Positions 32,377 through 43,318 are shown, counted from the first letter of the stretch. The stretch: 64,000 nucleotides of DNA from Candidatus Aminicenantes bacterium UBA1061 (GCA_002316315.1 DCDG01000018.1:56074-120073); one strand, 5' to 3'. The notes: a model not told the origin generated them from the sequence alone. Numbers and translations are program-made.

Positions 32377-33111
32377 ATAAAAAGTTTCCAGAAAAACACT
32401 ATTTATAAGGCTGGAAGGGCTTCTATTCTGAGATCGGGCTCCCGGGGAAAGTAAACCAGAGTTAGGTCAGAAGCCGGATTTTTTCTCTGGCTATTGCTTC
32501 AATTTACCGGTTTTCATCCTCAGAAAAAGAAGGCAACCCTCAAACAGTTCTGATTTCACCAGTATCTATTACCTGAACTCCCAGGTCGGCCATCCTGGCA
32601 GATAAACCGGGCAGTTTTGACCCGGTGGTCTTTGCTATCTCAACTTATTATCCTTTACCTCTCTACTCTTACCAATTTTCAATTCTCCAAAAGGGCCAGA
32701 ACAAAACTCAGGCAGGGTGGCAGGACTGAAATCCAGAAGTTGAAAGGGCTACTCCATGTAGCAGATACTAAAACAAGGTGTCTAACAAAGATAAAATAAG
32801 ATAGAGTTCACCTTTGATAGCCAATCGTTATGAACTTAATCTGACTCAAGAATGACAGGTTGATTATAAATATACTATTTTGTCCAGATCCTGTGTTTAG
32901 CCTGGGAAATCAATCAAAGCCCGAAAATATCCGATAATTCAGCATCACCTTATCTGTGCTATAAAAGACACAAACCGTCCTGAAAAGTAGACAAATTTTC
33001 GGTCATTTAAGAGCTTTTATCCTTAAAATTCCTGGCACGTTTTTCGCATTATATAATGGATGTAGGGTTGTGAGATTAGATTGATGGTTTTTTTTCTTCT
33101 GTTAAGAAAGC

Positions 33112-33672
33112 TTGGGGAGGAGAGAAATGAGACCAATCATCGCCGTGCTGACGATCATTTCTTTAATCCTGTTCTTTCAAACAGGCTGCCTGCTGAGCAT
33201 TAACTCGAAGATAGATCTACAGCCAGCTGCCTCTTCCCAGACATCTCACTCTAACCTTTCAGCGAGCTTCAGTAATTCTGGAGACGGATCCTCTTTTAAT
33301 ACCGCACCCCTAATAATAGGATTCTCTGTTATTCTGGCTGCTGCATTGACCTATCTTTATTACTCAAACAAGCACTATAAAGCCCAATATGCTTTGACTT
33401 CAGCCGGTGAGAAGGTGAGCCTTATCTTTCATGCTGAAGCCCCTCCAGATGCGATTTTGATTGGCGAAATACATACACGTTCTCACACTGATTTAAATTT
33501 CTTGAAAAATGACCTGCGCAATCAAGCGGCCCGGATGGGAGGAGATATGGTAATAGTTGATGATATTCAACCACAAATCCCAAATATTTATAACAAACAA
33601 GTTTCAAGTCATTATGTTGGGATGGGCCGGGTATATAAGACCAGAGTTTCTCAACAAAATGAAAAAAATTAA
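33112..33672 (+). CDS. Hypothetical small lipoprotein
   Basis: 186 aa. Signal sequence plus lipobox (FFQTGC). Function unknown. Confidence 0.4.
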   Translation: MGRREMRPIIAVLTIISLILFFQTGCLLSINSKIDLQPAASSQTSHSNLSASFSNSGDGSSFNTAPLIIGFSVILAAALTYLYYSNKHYKAQYALTSAGEKVSLIFHAEAPPDAILIGEIHTRSHTDLNFLKNDLRNQAARMGGDMVIVDDIQPQIPNIYNKQVSSHYVGMGRVYKTRVSQQNEKN

Positions 33673-34127
33673 AAAAGCCGAATTTTAGATACTACCGGAT
33701 GACACTTCTGGCTACAGTACGCATCATGAAAAGAACTGGCCGCCAGCAGTAATCGCTGGATGCAACCGGCAGCAGAGGAAGGTGTAGCTGTATCAAAGGT
33801 TCGGACAGCACTGAATGTGACACAGGCTAAACCTGCAGGTCAGATTCGATAAGGTATTTAACCGGATATATACCGCGGTCGCCTCATCTCATGATCTTCC
33901 GGCAACAGTCATTGACGCTCGCTGGCTGCAGGAGGCAAACCAGAATGAGGCCAGGCTATTCAATGCCATCCACCAGGCAAACAAGTGAGGGAGATAGCAA
34001 TACTTTGAAGGCCCGGTAGTCGCAGTTATTAACAAATTCACCTCAGACACTGCAGCTGAGACCGGGATGATTTGCGGCGTCAGGCTCTAAGTCTGAGCGG
34101 CAAAAGCTACTATAACAGATTTGAAAA

Positions 34128-36641
34128 CTATAGCCCGGTAGCCTGACCTTTCCTGGCTCCATTTACGCTATTAGGCGCCCCAAAGTCGGTCACACCCGGA
34201 ATATTGTCGAGGCACACCAGGTCACCCGTAATTACATTACCAACCAGAGCAACGCCATATTGATGCAACTTGCCGCTCAAAAATTTCACCACCTGACATC
34301 TGTTGCCAGAGACAGTCAGTGTCCGCTTGAATTTTGAGCCGGCGATGATTACGTCGTCATTAGTTCCGGAGATCGTAGCCTTCCCATCGACAGTAGCGCC
34401 AAAGAGGTGAATAACTGCGGCTCTGTCAGCCTGCAAATCACCCTTGATGGTTGAACCATCAGACACAACCAGAGAGGCGCCCGGTTTAACCACCACGTCC
34501 CCATTGATAGTTGCCCCATCAATGAGAGTTACACCTTTTTCAACTACCAGCTTTCCTTTATGCTGGCCAGTCACAATGTTTGTGGGTTCAGGCGATTTTC
34601 CAGGCAAAACTGTGGCTTTGAACATGTCAGGTAGACCGATATTGCCTGCCGGGTCAATAGCCCGATGTTCGACGGTATGAGTACCAAAGCCGGGCCAGAA
34701 GGTACCAAAAATCTCATGGTCAAGATAGAGCTGCTCCCAGGGAACCTTGGCGTGTCCGCCAGTACCAAGATTGCCATAGGTCAATCCCCTGACGTCCAGG
34801 CCGGAGTGGGTAAACTTAAACGGTGTGCCCATGGGTTTATCAGGAAAGCCAAAATAATTATACCAGCCACCTCTATTCAGCTGGAATTCTGCGGCGACAT
34901 AAAGAGGCTGGTCATAACCGCTCTGATCATCTTGAGGCTCAAGAAGCATTTCAAATTCATTGAAGTAAACATTATGTTCCACCTGGTCGGCAATGGTGGT
35001 CAGGGGTTTGGAAAGCTTTCGTGGAGCTGTCGGAAGAACGTTGTCAACTGACCAGGTAAGGCTGTCTGTCTGGCCGTTGGGCTCAGCAGGATCAGCCAGA
35101 GTGGCAGTCAGTTGGAAAGTGCCTTCGGGCAGATGGAGCTGGCTGAGGTTAAGGCAGCGACTGTTATTGGTATTTGGGATGACCTGGCCATCAAGACTCC
35201 AGGTTACCGTCAGCACCCGGTCTGAGGGATGAGTCGTCTCCACGAAGACGACCTCCTGGCCGCTTACCGGTCTGATGATCGGTGTTGATCTGGTAAACTT
35301 GGCTGATACTTCCTTCGCAGGCAGAGATTTACCCACTGTAAACCGGCGGGTCTGAGTCAACCTGGGTCCATTGATCCATTTCGGATCACGGACAAAATCA
35401 GTCGGATCTGAAACGGTAACTTCAATGATGTCGCCATTTTTAAGACTGAGTTTAGAAAGCTCCAGATTAGAGCTGTTGTGATTTTCTATTACCTGTCCAT
35501 TTACCCGCCAGGTAATATTCAGTTCATGATACCTGGGGTGCATGGTCTCGACCCAGATAATGTCTTTCGGGCCAACCTCACCTTCTGGAGTATGGTCGAG
35601 CGGCATACGGTTAGCATCGCGCCTACCAGTTATCCTGATGGTCATCTGCTCACGTTGAACAACATCAAAGTGGTAGCCCGTCCAGCGCATCATGCTGTAT
35701 TCACTGGCTCGCCGTATACCGCAGGGCCAGGTGTTACCACCCTCATAAAGGCCAATGGAACTGCCGGACGAAGCGCTATCCTCACCAATCCAGCGCCACC
35801 ATTTATGCTGGTCAGCAATCATCTTTTCTGTGCTGGTGTATATAGTGTGGGTGAAGGAGTCAGGTTCACCGCCAGTCCAGCATCCCCTCCAGACGTTTCT
35901 TTCGATATAAGGATAGTCATCAGCGATAAGACCAAGCGAGTGGCCCAGCTCATGGATAGAAACTAGCGGGCCTTGCGGTGAGCCGCCGGTAGTAGTCGCA
36001 TGAAAACCGCCAATACCACCATAGGTGAAGGTGTTGGCAATAGCCAGAGTCTGAATATTCTGGGATTCAACCGGTATGCCCAGTTCTGGCTCAACATAAT
36101 TTTTGAGGTACCAGGTACGCTGTTGGGCACCAGTCCGAGTTCCGGGAGGAGAGTTAAGGGGAGCAGGGCCATAGGTTACACCTCGGGCCAGAGGATTGGT
36201 AAGTCCATCCTGGTACCAGAGTCGAAGGGCGGTATTTTTGGCATCCCTGACTTCTGGTGGGGCATCTTCTCCCGGATCACGACGAATGCCTGAATCCTTA
36301 GAGACGATCTCCAGAAGATAGACGTTGATGTAATAACGATAAGTGCGGAAAGGCTCCATAGTCCACATGACTGCCAGATTCCTGTCCACATCCCGCAGAA
36401 ATTTATCTACTTCGTTAGCCTGATATCCATCGGCCATGAGGATAAAGTTGAGCCGTTCGCTGGCCGGCCCGGTGACCTGGTAGGCTATGAGCCGGGCACT
36501 TTCTACTTCTGGCCATTTAGGAAGTTCCTGAGCTGGAGCAGATAATGGCCATAAAATTAAAAGGCCCAAAAACACCGTACAAATTAGAGCTACCTTTTTA
36601 AATTCAGACAAAAGTCTTACACCTGCTGAATAAGTTCTCAA
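34128..36641 (-). CDS. Secreted M64-like (IgA-peptidase family) zinc metalloprotease with Ig-like/PKD repeats and a C-terminal beta-helix
   Basis: 837 aa with a signal peptide. HELGHSLGLIADDY matches the M64 pattern HExxH...L.DEY. Ig-like segments are repeated, and the C-terminus is a Gly/Asp/Val-rich beta-helical repeat. Confidence 0.55.
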   Translation of the reverse strand: MRTYSAGVRLLSEFKKVALICTVFLGLLILWPLSAPAQELPKWPEVESARLIAYQVTGPASERLNFILMADGYQANEVDKFLRDVDRNLAVMWTMEPFRTYRYYINVYLLEIVSKDSGIRRDPGEDAPPEVRDAKNTALRLWYQDGLTNPLARGVTYGPAPLNSPPGTRTGAQQRTWYLKNYVEPELGIPVESQNIQTLAIANTFTYGGIGGFHATTTGGSPQGPLVSIHELGHSLGLIADDYPYIERNVWRGCWTGGEPDSFTHTIYTSTEKMIADQHKWWRWIGEDSASSGSSIGLYEGGNTWPCGIRRASEYSMMRWTGYHFDVVQREQMTIRITGRRDANRMPLDHTPEGEVGPKDIIWVETMHPRYHELNITWRVNGQVIENHNSSNLELSKLSLKNGDIIEVTVSDPTDFVRDPKWINGPRLTQTRRFTVGKSLPAKEVSAKFTRSTPIIRPVSGQEVVFVETTHPSDRVLTVTWSLDGQVIPNTNNSRCLNLSQLHLPEGTFQLTATLADPAEPNGQTDSLTWSVDNVLPTAPRKLSKPLTTIADQVEHNVYFNEFEMLLEPQDDQSGYDQPLYVAAEFQLNRGGWYNYFGFPDKPMGTPFKFTHSGLDVRGLTYGNLGTGGHAKVPWEQLYLDHEIFGTFWPGFGTHTVEHRAIDPAGNIGLPDMFKATVLPGKSPEPTNIVTGQHKGKLVVEKGVTLIDGATINGDVVVKPGASLVVSDGSTIKGDLQADRAAVIHLFGATVDGKATISGTNDDVIIAGSKFKRTLTVSGNRCQVVKFLSGKLHQYGVALVGNVITGDLVCLDNIPGVTDFGAPNSVNGARKGQATGL

Positions 36642-36791
36642 TAACTTTCTCCTTTCTGATGGTTATTTTCTTGACGAGGTCTGAATATGGTTCGTCTTTT
36701 ATTATTACTATAATAATAATGAAACGACTTATTTTCATCGCTGTCAAATATTTTGTGCCACAAGATTAATACACTATATTTTCTCTTTCGG

Positions 36792-37045
36792 TTTAAAAAA
36801 TCCAGAAAAGGCGCAGTTTATAAGACGGGGACAGCCATCAGACTGAAGCCGCACTTCAGCCCGAAGAAAGCACACCGGCGGCGAACCAAAAGCAAGAGCC
36901 TTCCTCTGGCCAACACCTTTGAGCTACCTGATCTCGCCTTCAAAAAGATAAAAATAAGTCAGCCCTTTGGCTGTCCTGATTTCCCGGGCATCTACTACCC
37001 GCACAGCCAGCTCGACCACTTGTCCGGCAATTCCCTGAGGTGAGC
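36792..37045 (-). repeat. Copy B of the dnaE2 3' terminus (about 250 bp; reading frame kept except for one stop)
   Basis: About 88-90% nucleotide identity to 52653-52920. Minus-strand translation gives ...GQVVELAVRVVDAREIRTAKGLTYFY..., matching the DnaE2 C-terminus. Confidence 0.8.
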
Positions 37046-37124
37046 GATTGGGAGAAGCGGCCTTCAGCTTAGAGCTAATGGTAAGCTATCTCCTGGGCCG
37101 TTCAGCATCTTTTTAGCCTCTAAC

Positions 37125-38339
37125 TTATTGATTATGAATGATATCCGCTGGCCCGACCCCATTTATCGAATAAACATTCAACTTGTCAGCTGTATTGGAA
37201 AGACAGATCCGGCTAAGCTGCTTCATGACCTCAAGATCATAATTTTCAATATAAGCTATATATAGCCTGCCATCCATTATCTGAGCCAGATTGTATCTGA
37301 TAAAATTGAAATAACAGGCCTGGCCGAGCTGGCTAAAATTCAGATCGTAGACATCTACAATGTATCTCTTTTTATCATCACGCTGGCCAGTCCAGACATA
37401 TATTTTCCCATCATCAATGTTCAGGCCAAAAATTGCCGGAAAATAGCGTGAGGGCCCTTTTAGTTCCTGTAAGATACGTTCAGAATTTGGGAAACGGATG
37501 ATCTTCATGTCATTGTCAAAGACATTAAAATCCTGCTCCGTAATGAGTTCCTTCTTTATTTTCTTCCCTTTAAAGGTTTTAACCAGCTTTCCATCTTTAG
37601 AATACTTATAAACCAGATAGTCAAAACTATCAGTTATATAAATATTCCCGGCTTCATCCAGAGCAAAATCTGGGATAAAGGTGGCAATGGAGCTCCCATG
37701 GCCTTCTTTTTGTTCGTAAATTAATTGGCTATGATTTCTCTGGCTATCGTATTTATAGATTAATATCTTCTTCTCCTCATTCCCGCCTAAAAGATAAAGA
37801 TTCCCTTCGCGGTCAAAACTAATTTTGTCAATGAATAAACCAGATAGGTTTGCTGGAAGACGTAGTTCATTTTTAAAATGGCCATCCGCTGTAAATATTT
37901 CCAGAGGCCGCCCAAAACTTGAGCTTACCCAGATATCGCCCTGGGGATCAACTGCCAGACAGCCGATGGCTTGAAATTCACCCGGGCCCTGACCCTTTCT
38001 ACCAAAGGAGAATAAGAAATTCCCATTTTTATCATAGGCATCTATTTGCTCACCTCTCACTTTATCCCAGGCGAAAATAAGACCGTTTTCAACGGCGAAA
38101 TAACCAATCCAGGTATAATAATGACCGGATCCCTCATCGCCGATGGTAAAAAGGGGCTGGCTCGAGGCAGCTAATGACCTTATCTCTGCTTTCTGACTGG
38201 AACAACCAGCAGCCAAAAGTAAAGCCATAAAGAAAATGATTATCTCAGGTATAATGGCTAAACTTTTTTCCCGACACCAGGCGCACAAATCAAGCAGTCT
38301 ATGACCAGGTCTGAAAGTATCGGAAATTAGTTCAATCAT
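37125..38339 (-). CDS. NHL-repeat / 6-bladed beta-propeller lipoprotein, paralog 1 (start probably the internal Met at about 38228, giving MALLLAAGCSS)
   Basis: Carries the GRKGQGPGEF signature followed by ...D..G.IWV..., which is NHL-like. Has a lipobox. It is one of 7 paralogs in this window. Confidence 0.7.
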   Translation of the reverse strand: MIELISDTFRPGHRLLDLCAWCREKSLAIIPEIIIFFMALLLAAGCSSQKAEIRSLAASSQPLFTIGDEGSGHYYTWIGYFAVENGLIFAWDKVRGEQIDAYDKNGNFLFSFGRKGQGPGEFQAIGCLAVDPQGDIWVSSSFGRPLEIFTADGHFKNELRLPANLSGLFIDKISFDREGNLYLLGGNEEKKILIYKYDSQRNHSQLIYEQKEGHGSSIATFIPDFALDEAGNIYITDSFDYLVYKYSKDGKLVKTFKGKKIKKELITEQDFNVFDNDMKIIRFPNSERILQELKGPSRYFPAIFGLNIDDGKIYVWTGQRDDKKRYIVDVYDLNFSQLGQACYFNFIRYNLAQIMDGRLYIAYIENYDLEVMKQLSRICLSNTADKLNVYSINGVGPADIIHNQ

Positions 38340-38517
38340 CAGCTGCTCTCCTATTTAGCTTCAGTTTAAAGAAATGAAACCTTTCCTTTTTAGCCTTGAA
38401 AAGATTATAACAATTTCTCTAGCAATAATTAAAGAGTTTCTGACGGTTTCATTGAAAATTGAAAAGTGAATTGATTATAAACGACATGTGCTGGTCTGAC
38501 CCCATTTAGAGGGACTT

Positions 38518-39645
38518 TTAATCAGGGATCTTCCAGCGGGCAGCCAGGCATTTAGCGCTCTGCGGGGCATTTTTCGGGTCATCAACCTGGTAATAAAGGG
38601 TGACAATCTGCCCCCTATCCACTTCAACCGAGCTTGGATACCCGCAGTCAGTATTTGGTGCTGAGGCGGAAATTATAATCTTTTTATCCCACTCCCAGGT
38701 TTTCCCGCCGTCCCGGCTGAAGATAGCCCGAACTCCCATCGGCGCATTACGCTCCCCATAGCTCAAGAGAGTCTGTCCATTTTTGAGCTGTATAAGATCT
38801 GCCGGATGCTCCATGTCCTGGGTTATCTGGAAGGGCGGCGACCAGTGCTTACCCCCATCTTCAGAACGGCTCACAGCTAAATGCCCGCCTTTCTCCGAGC
38901 GCATAGCCGCCAGTAAACTGCCATCGGGGAGGGCCAGCACAGCTGTTTCATTAAAATGCTCACCAACAAGAGAAGGCTCTCCCCAGGTTTTCCCGCCGTC
39001 TTTTGAACGAAAGACGTAGCTTTGATTTCCGCGGTCGTCAAAAAAATCAAAATAGACTGCCATGATAACTGTGCCATCCTCGAGCTGGATAATCTTTCCA
39101 TAAGGCGAGACGGCCCCGCGGCCAGCATAAAATGAATGAATCTCCAGGCTCAGTTCAGGTTTCGTCCAGGTTTTTCCCTTGTCTTTTGAACGGATGACAT
39201 AAACGCCATCGAAAACCCATTTCGAGACGTCTTCAGGAAGTCTTTGCCCGTCAGCCTCATATCCGCTGAGGACAGCATAGGCCAGAAGAATTGTGCCATC
39301 AGCCAGTTGACCAAGTGCCGGGTTACGGTCGTCTTCTGGACCGTCAACAACCGTCCAGGGTTTGGACCAGGTTCGGCCGCCATCATCAGATATGACCAGA
39401 TCAAGGCGCCCGGCCCGGCTAAGGTGAGCGCCGCCACCCCTGATAACAGCCAGAATTTCGCCAGTTGATAGCTTGACCGCCACTGGAAAATAGCCTCCTC
39501 CTTCGACTGCCGTCACCTGATCCATTGAAGTGAAGGCCGCCATGCTGATACAACACATCAGTCCGGTGAGACTCAGAACCGCCAGCCACCGCCGGCCCCA
39601 CCTGTTATTCTTCTTGCTCTTCATTTCCTTTATTTCTTTTATCAT
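38518..39645 (-). CDS. BNR/Asp-box repeat protein (sialidase-superfamily beta-propeller), secreted
   Basis: Five S-x-D-x-G-x-T-W Asp-box motifs (SDDGGRTW, SKDKGKTW, SKDGGKTW, SEDGGKHW, SRDGGKTW). The N-terminus has RR followed by a hydrophobic stretch, which may be a Tat signal. Confidence 0.7.
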   Translation of the reverse strand: MIKEIKEMKSKKNNRWGRRWLAVLSLTGLMCCISMAAFTSMDQVTAVEGGGYFPVAVKLSTGEILAVIRGGGAHLSRAGRLDLVISDDGGRTWSKPWTVVDGPEDDRNPALGQLADGTILLAYAVLSGYEADGQRLPEDVSKWVFDGVYVIRSKDKGKTWTKPELSLEIHSFYAGRGAVSPYGKIIQLEDGTVIMAVYFDFFDDRGNQSYVFRSKDGGKTWGEPSLVGEHFNETAVLALPDGSLLAAMRSEKGGHLAVSRSEDGGKHWSPPFQITQDMEHPADLIQLKNGQTLLSYGERNAPMGVRAIFSRDGGKTWEWDKKIIISASAPNTDCGYPSSVEVDRGQIVTLYYQVDDPKNAPQSAKCLAARWKIPD

Positions 39646-39901
39646 ATGTCTTTTATCATATGGCCACCTTGTCTAAGGATTTCCCTTTATGCTTCGGGAC
39701 CTTGCAGCTCGCTTTTCTTTTTCATGCTCAAAAAAATCTGGCTATTTTTTACTGGCTAGACAGCATTGGCCCGATTCGGATCTACCAGCCTCATGGTTAG
39801 AAAAATGATACAAGTCAAGCTTGTCATCAGTTAACCATTTAATCCCAAATATATTGGGATTTTCAAGATTTTCATGTTTATGCTTCATCATGGTTTTAAA
39901 C

Positions 39902-40200
39902 TTCAAAAATGAACTTATTAGGGTGATAAAAAAGTGTGAAGGAAGGCGCAGTTTATAAGGCGGGGGCAGCTGTCAGACTGAAGCCGCACTTCAGCCCGAA
40001 GAAAGCACACCGGAGGTGAGCTAAAAGCCAGGGCCTTCTTCTGACCTACGCCCTCAACCTGCCCGCTCTCATCTTCGAAAAGACAAAAATAAGTCAAGCC
40101 GCGCGATGTTCTGATTTCCCGGGTATCCATTACCGGGATAGCTAGCTCGGTCATCTGACGGCACAATTCCTTGAGATGTTCGATCCGCAGCGGCGGACAC
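39902..40200 (-). repeat. Copy C of the dnaE2 3' terminus (about 300 bp; ORF 39918-40217 intact)
   Basis: Encodes ...REIRTSRGLTYFCLFEDESGQVEGVGQKKALAFSSPPVCFLRAEVRLQSDSCPRLINCAFL, which is 85-90% identical to the DnaE2 C-terminus. Confidence 0.8.
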
Positions 40201-40353
40201 CAGCGAGCCCTAAGCAAACTGCTAGCTATCCTACGCCGACTTATTTTTCTTTAAGCCATTATCTTATTGATTATTAACAAATTGTGTTAGCCCAACCCGC
40301 ATTTAAATATATAAGCTCCTCCCCTACAGCACAGGGGCCGGCACCAGCAATTG

Positions 40354-41526
40354 TTATTTCTTCCAGGTAGCCTGATAACAGCAAATATACTGATAACCTT
40401 CTTCGTCCTTCTCAATAGTGTATATTTTGCCGTTTTTTGCAAGAAAGGCTTGGCCTGTCATCTCACAGCGCGCGATAAGCTTCCCTTCAGCACTGAAGAT
40501 ATCCACCAAATAAGAATCCTTAGCCTTACCTTTCTCATAAGTCCTGACATAGAGCCGGTTCTCCTCATCAACAAAGAAACCAGAGAAAGCAGGATAGTTA
40601 GCCGGAAAAACTACCATCTCTTTCAAATTCATTCCCGGTGTCTCCGGTATCTGCTTGAGCATTTCTTCTTTATCTTTCTGACTTATAGACTGCGGTCGAT
40701 ATTCTTTTCGCACTATTTTGACCAGCTGGCCTTCCGGATTGAAATATTTAATTTCATAAGAGGAACTACGGCCATAAATAATATTTCCACTTCCATCCAG
40801 GCAATAATCATAAGTGATCGTAAAGGGATTAATCTTGCCGCCACCCAGGGGCGAAGCCATTAGCAGCGTATCAATTTTAAAAAGCTGGTTAAAATCAGCA
40901 TCATATTTAGCAATAGTATAGGCTATCGAATTCCCTTCCATCCCCATTTCGCAACCTACATATTGACCGCCGCTGTCAATTACTTCCAACATAGCCAGTT
41001 TCTTAGCGTAAGAAACTTCTCTCGTCATCTTACCTTCAAGGTCGGAATAAATCAGTTTTCGGTTACCACTATCATTTATCATCAGTTCGCGGTCAGATAA
41101 GAGCTGGAGTCCAGACGGAGCGTTCCACTCGCCCGGGCCCTGGCCTTCTTGGCCAAATTCTTTTAGCTTTTTGCCATTTGGATCGAAGACATTGACCTTT
41201 TTTGCCTTAAAATCCAGAACAAAAATCCGGCCGTCAGCCGCAACATCGGCTCCAGCTACAACCCCGAAGGCGCTTCCTCCTTGTTCCAGCTTTCCGATGG
41301 TAATTTCTTTGGTTAAAATCAATCTCTGAGAGCCAGAAGGTTTAGCTTTATTCTCGATTATCTGGACATCAGCTTTATCAGCCAGCCTGATAACGGCCTT
41401 ATCTGCTACGGAAAAAGCCGATACAGAAAAAACTGAAATCATGGCTACAAGGAAAACTGGCACATACATAAACGATCTGTGTGTAAATTCTTTTTTTCTC
41501 ATCTTCCTCCCCTTGCTTATCAACAT
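40354..41526 (-). CDS. NHL-repeat / 6-bladed beta-propeller secreted protein, paralog 2
   Basis: Signature GQEGQGPGEW, signal peptide, 390 aa. Confidence 0.7.
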   Translation of the reverse strand: MLISKGRKMRKKEFTHRSFMYVPVFLVAMISVFSVSAFSVADKAVIRLADKADVQIIENKAKPSGSQRLILTKEITIGKLEQGGSAFGVVAGADVAADGRIFVLDFKAKKVNVFDPNGKKLKEFGQEGQGPGEWNAPSGLQLLSDRELMINDSGNRKLIYSDLEGKMTREVSYAKKLAMLEVIDSGGQYVGCEMGMEGNSIAYTIAKYDADFNQLFKIDTLLMASPLGGGKINPFTITYDYCLDGSGNIIYGRSSSYEIKYFNPEGQLVKIVRKEYRPQSISQKDKEEMLKQIPETPGMNLKEMVVFPANYPAFSGFFVDEENRLYVRTYEKGKAKDSYLVDIFSAEGKLIARCEMTGQAFLAKNGKIYTIEKDEEGYQYICCYQATWKK

Positions 41527-41541
41527 TTTAAAATGGCTGCC

Positions 41542-42531
41542 TTATTTAGAGCGACCTGCGATAAAAGGCATCATAAATAAGCCCGGGTCCATTCCTTCTT
41601 CTTCCTTTTTCTTCTTTATAGCTCTTATGTCACTTTTAGTGAGTGCTCCTCCGCTGGATTCAGTATCTTCAACTGGATTAAGTTCTGTAACCTTTTTGTT
41701 TTCTATCTTGCCCATAACATAAAGACAATAGGGGTTGTTTGGTGCTTTTTCCAAAGCTAACTTAGCATAGTTCTCAGCCTCATCAATTTTCCCGGCTTTA
41801 AGAAGGGTAAAAGCTAAGGAATAAAGATATCTGGTGTTTTCTGATTTTGAAAGAGCTTCTTTCCAATAATACTCTGACTCCTGATATTTTCCCCTCCTGA
41901 AGAAGGCAGTCGCCAGGTCGCGGAAATACACTTCATTATCCTTATACTTGCTTTCCAGACCAGAGTCATCTTTTAAGGCAATCATTGACCAATTCTCTTC
42001 CTCCCCTGAGGTCCATAACTCTAAAAAATCTTTCTCTTTGACAAAAATATTTTTCCCTAAAAGAGGATCAGCTAAGACAATCGAGTCCTTTTGGTATCCA
42101 ACCACCAGTCGGTAATGTCCTTTATCGATTTCTTTTGAAGCTTTCTGAAAAACCACCACCGGAACTCCCTTTGAGATTAGCTCCTTTAAATCATTCAAAT
42201 TACCCTTAAAAGAATATGACTTCAGCCCTTTTGATTGAGGATAAAAAACCATCTCAGAGAGCTTCATCACTTTTTCCTTTTCGTCAAAAACTCTGGCAGC
42301 AACCATTTCCTGTTTTTCATCTAAGCCATAAAAATGAAGCATCATCTGCAAAACCGCTGGCCCGCACCACCCGTTTTTCTCCTGCTTATAAAATTTCATG
42401 TTTTTTATAACATTGGCTTTTTTAGGAATGGATTCAGCCTGATAGAAATAGGTATGAGAGGCACATGAAGAAAAAACGCTTATCACAAAGATTAGTAGCA
42501 AATTTTTTAGCCTTTTGTTTTTACCTTTCAT
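41542..42531 (-). CDS. Lipoprotein with a C39-like papain-fold peptidase domain (Peptidase_C39_2 type) and C-terminal TPR repeats
   Basis: Lipobox VFSSC. Candidate catalytic Cys in NGWCGPA and candidate His in KGHYRLVVGY. TPR-like repeats follow (YWKEALSKSEN..., AENYAKLALEKAPNNPY). It lies directly upstream of NHL paralog 2 on the same strand, separated by 15 bp. Confidence 0.55.
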   Translation of the reverse strand: MKGKNKRLKNLLLIFVISVFSSCASHTYFYQAESIPKKANVIKNMKFYKQEKNGWCGPAVLQMMLHFYGLDEKQEMVAARVFDEKEKVMKLSEMVFYPQSKGLKSYSFKGNLNDLKELISKGVPVVVFQKASKEIDKGHYRLVVGYQKDSIVLADPLLGKNIFVKEKDFLELWTSGEEENWSMIALKDDSGLESKYKDNEVYFRDLATAFFRRGKYQESEYYWKEALSKSENTRYLYSLAFTLLKAGKIDEAENYAKLALEKAPNNPYCLYVMGKIENKKVTELNPVEDTESSGGALTKSDIRAIKKKKEEEGMDPGLFMMPFIAGRSK

Positions 42532-42905
42532 TTATGTCCCTCAAAAATTTATTTTCCTCTCTATTTATCCAGAGGCAATTCTCCATCCCGATTGATAAGG
42601 CTTTTTTTAATTGCTCTTCGGGAGCACTCAGAGATACCCTGGTTCCAGTTTCAGAAGGGCTATACCAGATTCTCGCCCTTAGTTGCTGGAATGCTCGTTC
42701 GAATGCCAATTTTTCCCCTCGCCGTCTTTAAATATCAGTCAAAAAAAGATGCATGTCAAATACAGACCTTATTCAGGCTAGCACATAATATCCAGGGCAG
42801 ACCGAGAAGTAGAGAGGGTTGTCCACAAGGTGTTTGGCGGCTTGCAACCCTGGACGGCGGAGCAGAGGCGCAGAGATCAAAAGTTCTATAGTTTAAAAGC
42901 AAGAC

Positions 42906-42968
42906 TTCCCCTCTTAAAAGTGTTATTGAAGCTTTTAAAGGAAGGGAAGTGAGCCCCTGGGTGTCATA
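42906..42968 (+). mobile_element. Solo fragment matching the 5' end/RBS region of the IS481-like element at 50406-50468 (inverted orientation)
   Basis: About 60 bp (CCCTCTTAAAAGTGTTATTGAAGCTTTTAAAGGAAGGGAAGTGAGCCCC) are about 85% identical to the reverse complement of 50406-50468. Confidence 0.45.
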
Positions 42969-43064
42969 GTATAAGTTTACAAATAACTCAGTATATACAT
43001 ATATACCATAATTACGATGAGCTTTTAAATGAGTCGGCAGGGTTAGCTAGAAGAGCAGTAAGGT

Positions 43065-43318
43065 TTAAAAGCTATGGAGAAAGGCACAGTTTATAAGGCG
43101 GGGGTAGCCGTCAGACTGAAGCCGCACTTCCCCTCTAAGAAAGCACACCGGAGGCGAGCCAAAAGCCAGAGCCTTCCTCTGCCCCACGCCCTCAACCTGC
43201 CCGCTTTCATCTTCAAAAAGATAAAAATAAGTCAGGCCGCGCGACGTTCTGATTTCCCGGGCATCTACTACCCGGACAGCCAGCTCAACCACCTGTCCGG
43301 CAATTCCCTGAGGTGAGC
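43065..43318 (-). repeat. Copy D of the dnaE2 3' terminus (ORF 43065-43292 intact)
   Basis: Encodes MVELAVRVVDAREIRTSRGLTYFYLFEDESGQVEGVGQRKALAFGSPPVCFLRGEVRLQSDGYPRLINCAFL. About 90% nucleotide identity to the dnaE2 3' end. Confidence 0.8.

Noticed and set aside
36753-37043. Plus-strand ORFs 36753-37043 and 43074-43316 (96 aa and 80 aa, basic) over the dnaE2 3'-end copies
   Set aside because: They are antisense to the conserved DnaE2 C-terminal reading frame, which is what is actually preserved across copies. They are most likely spurious.
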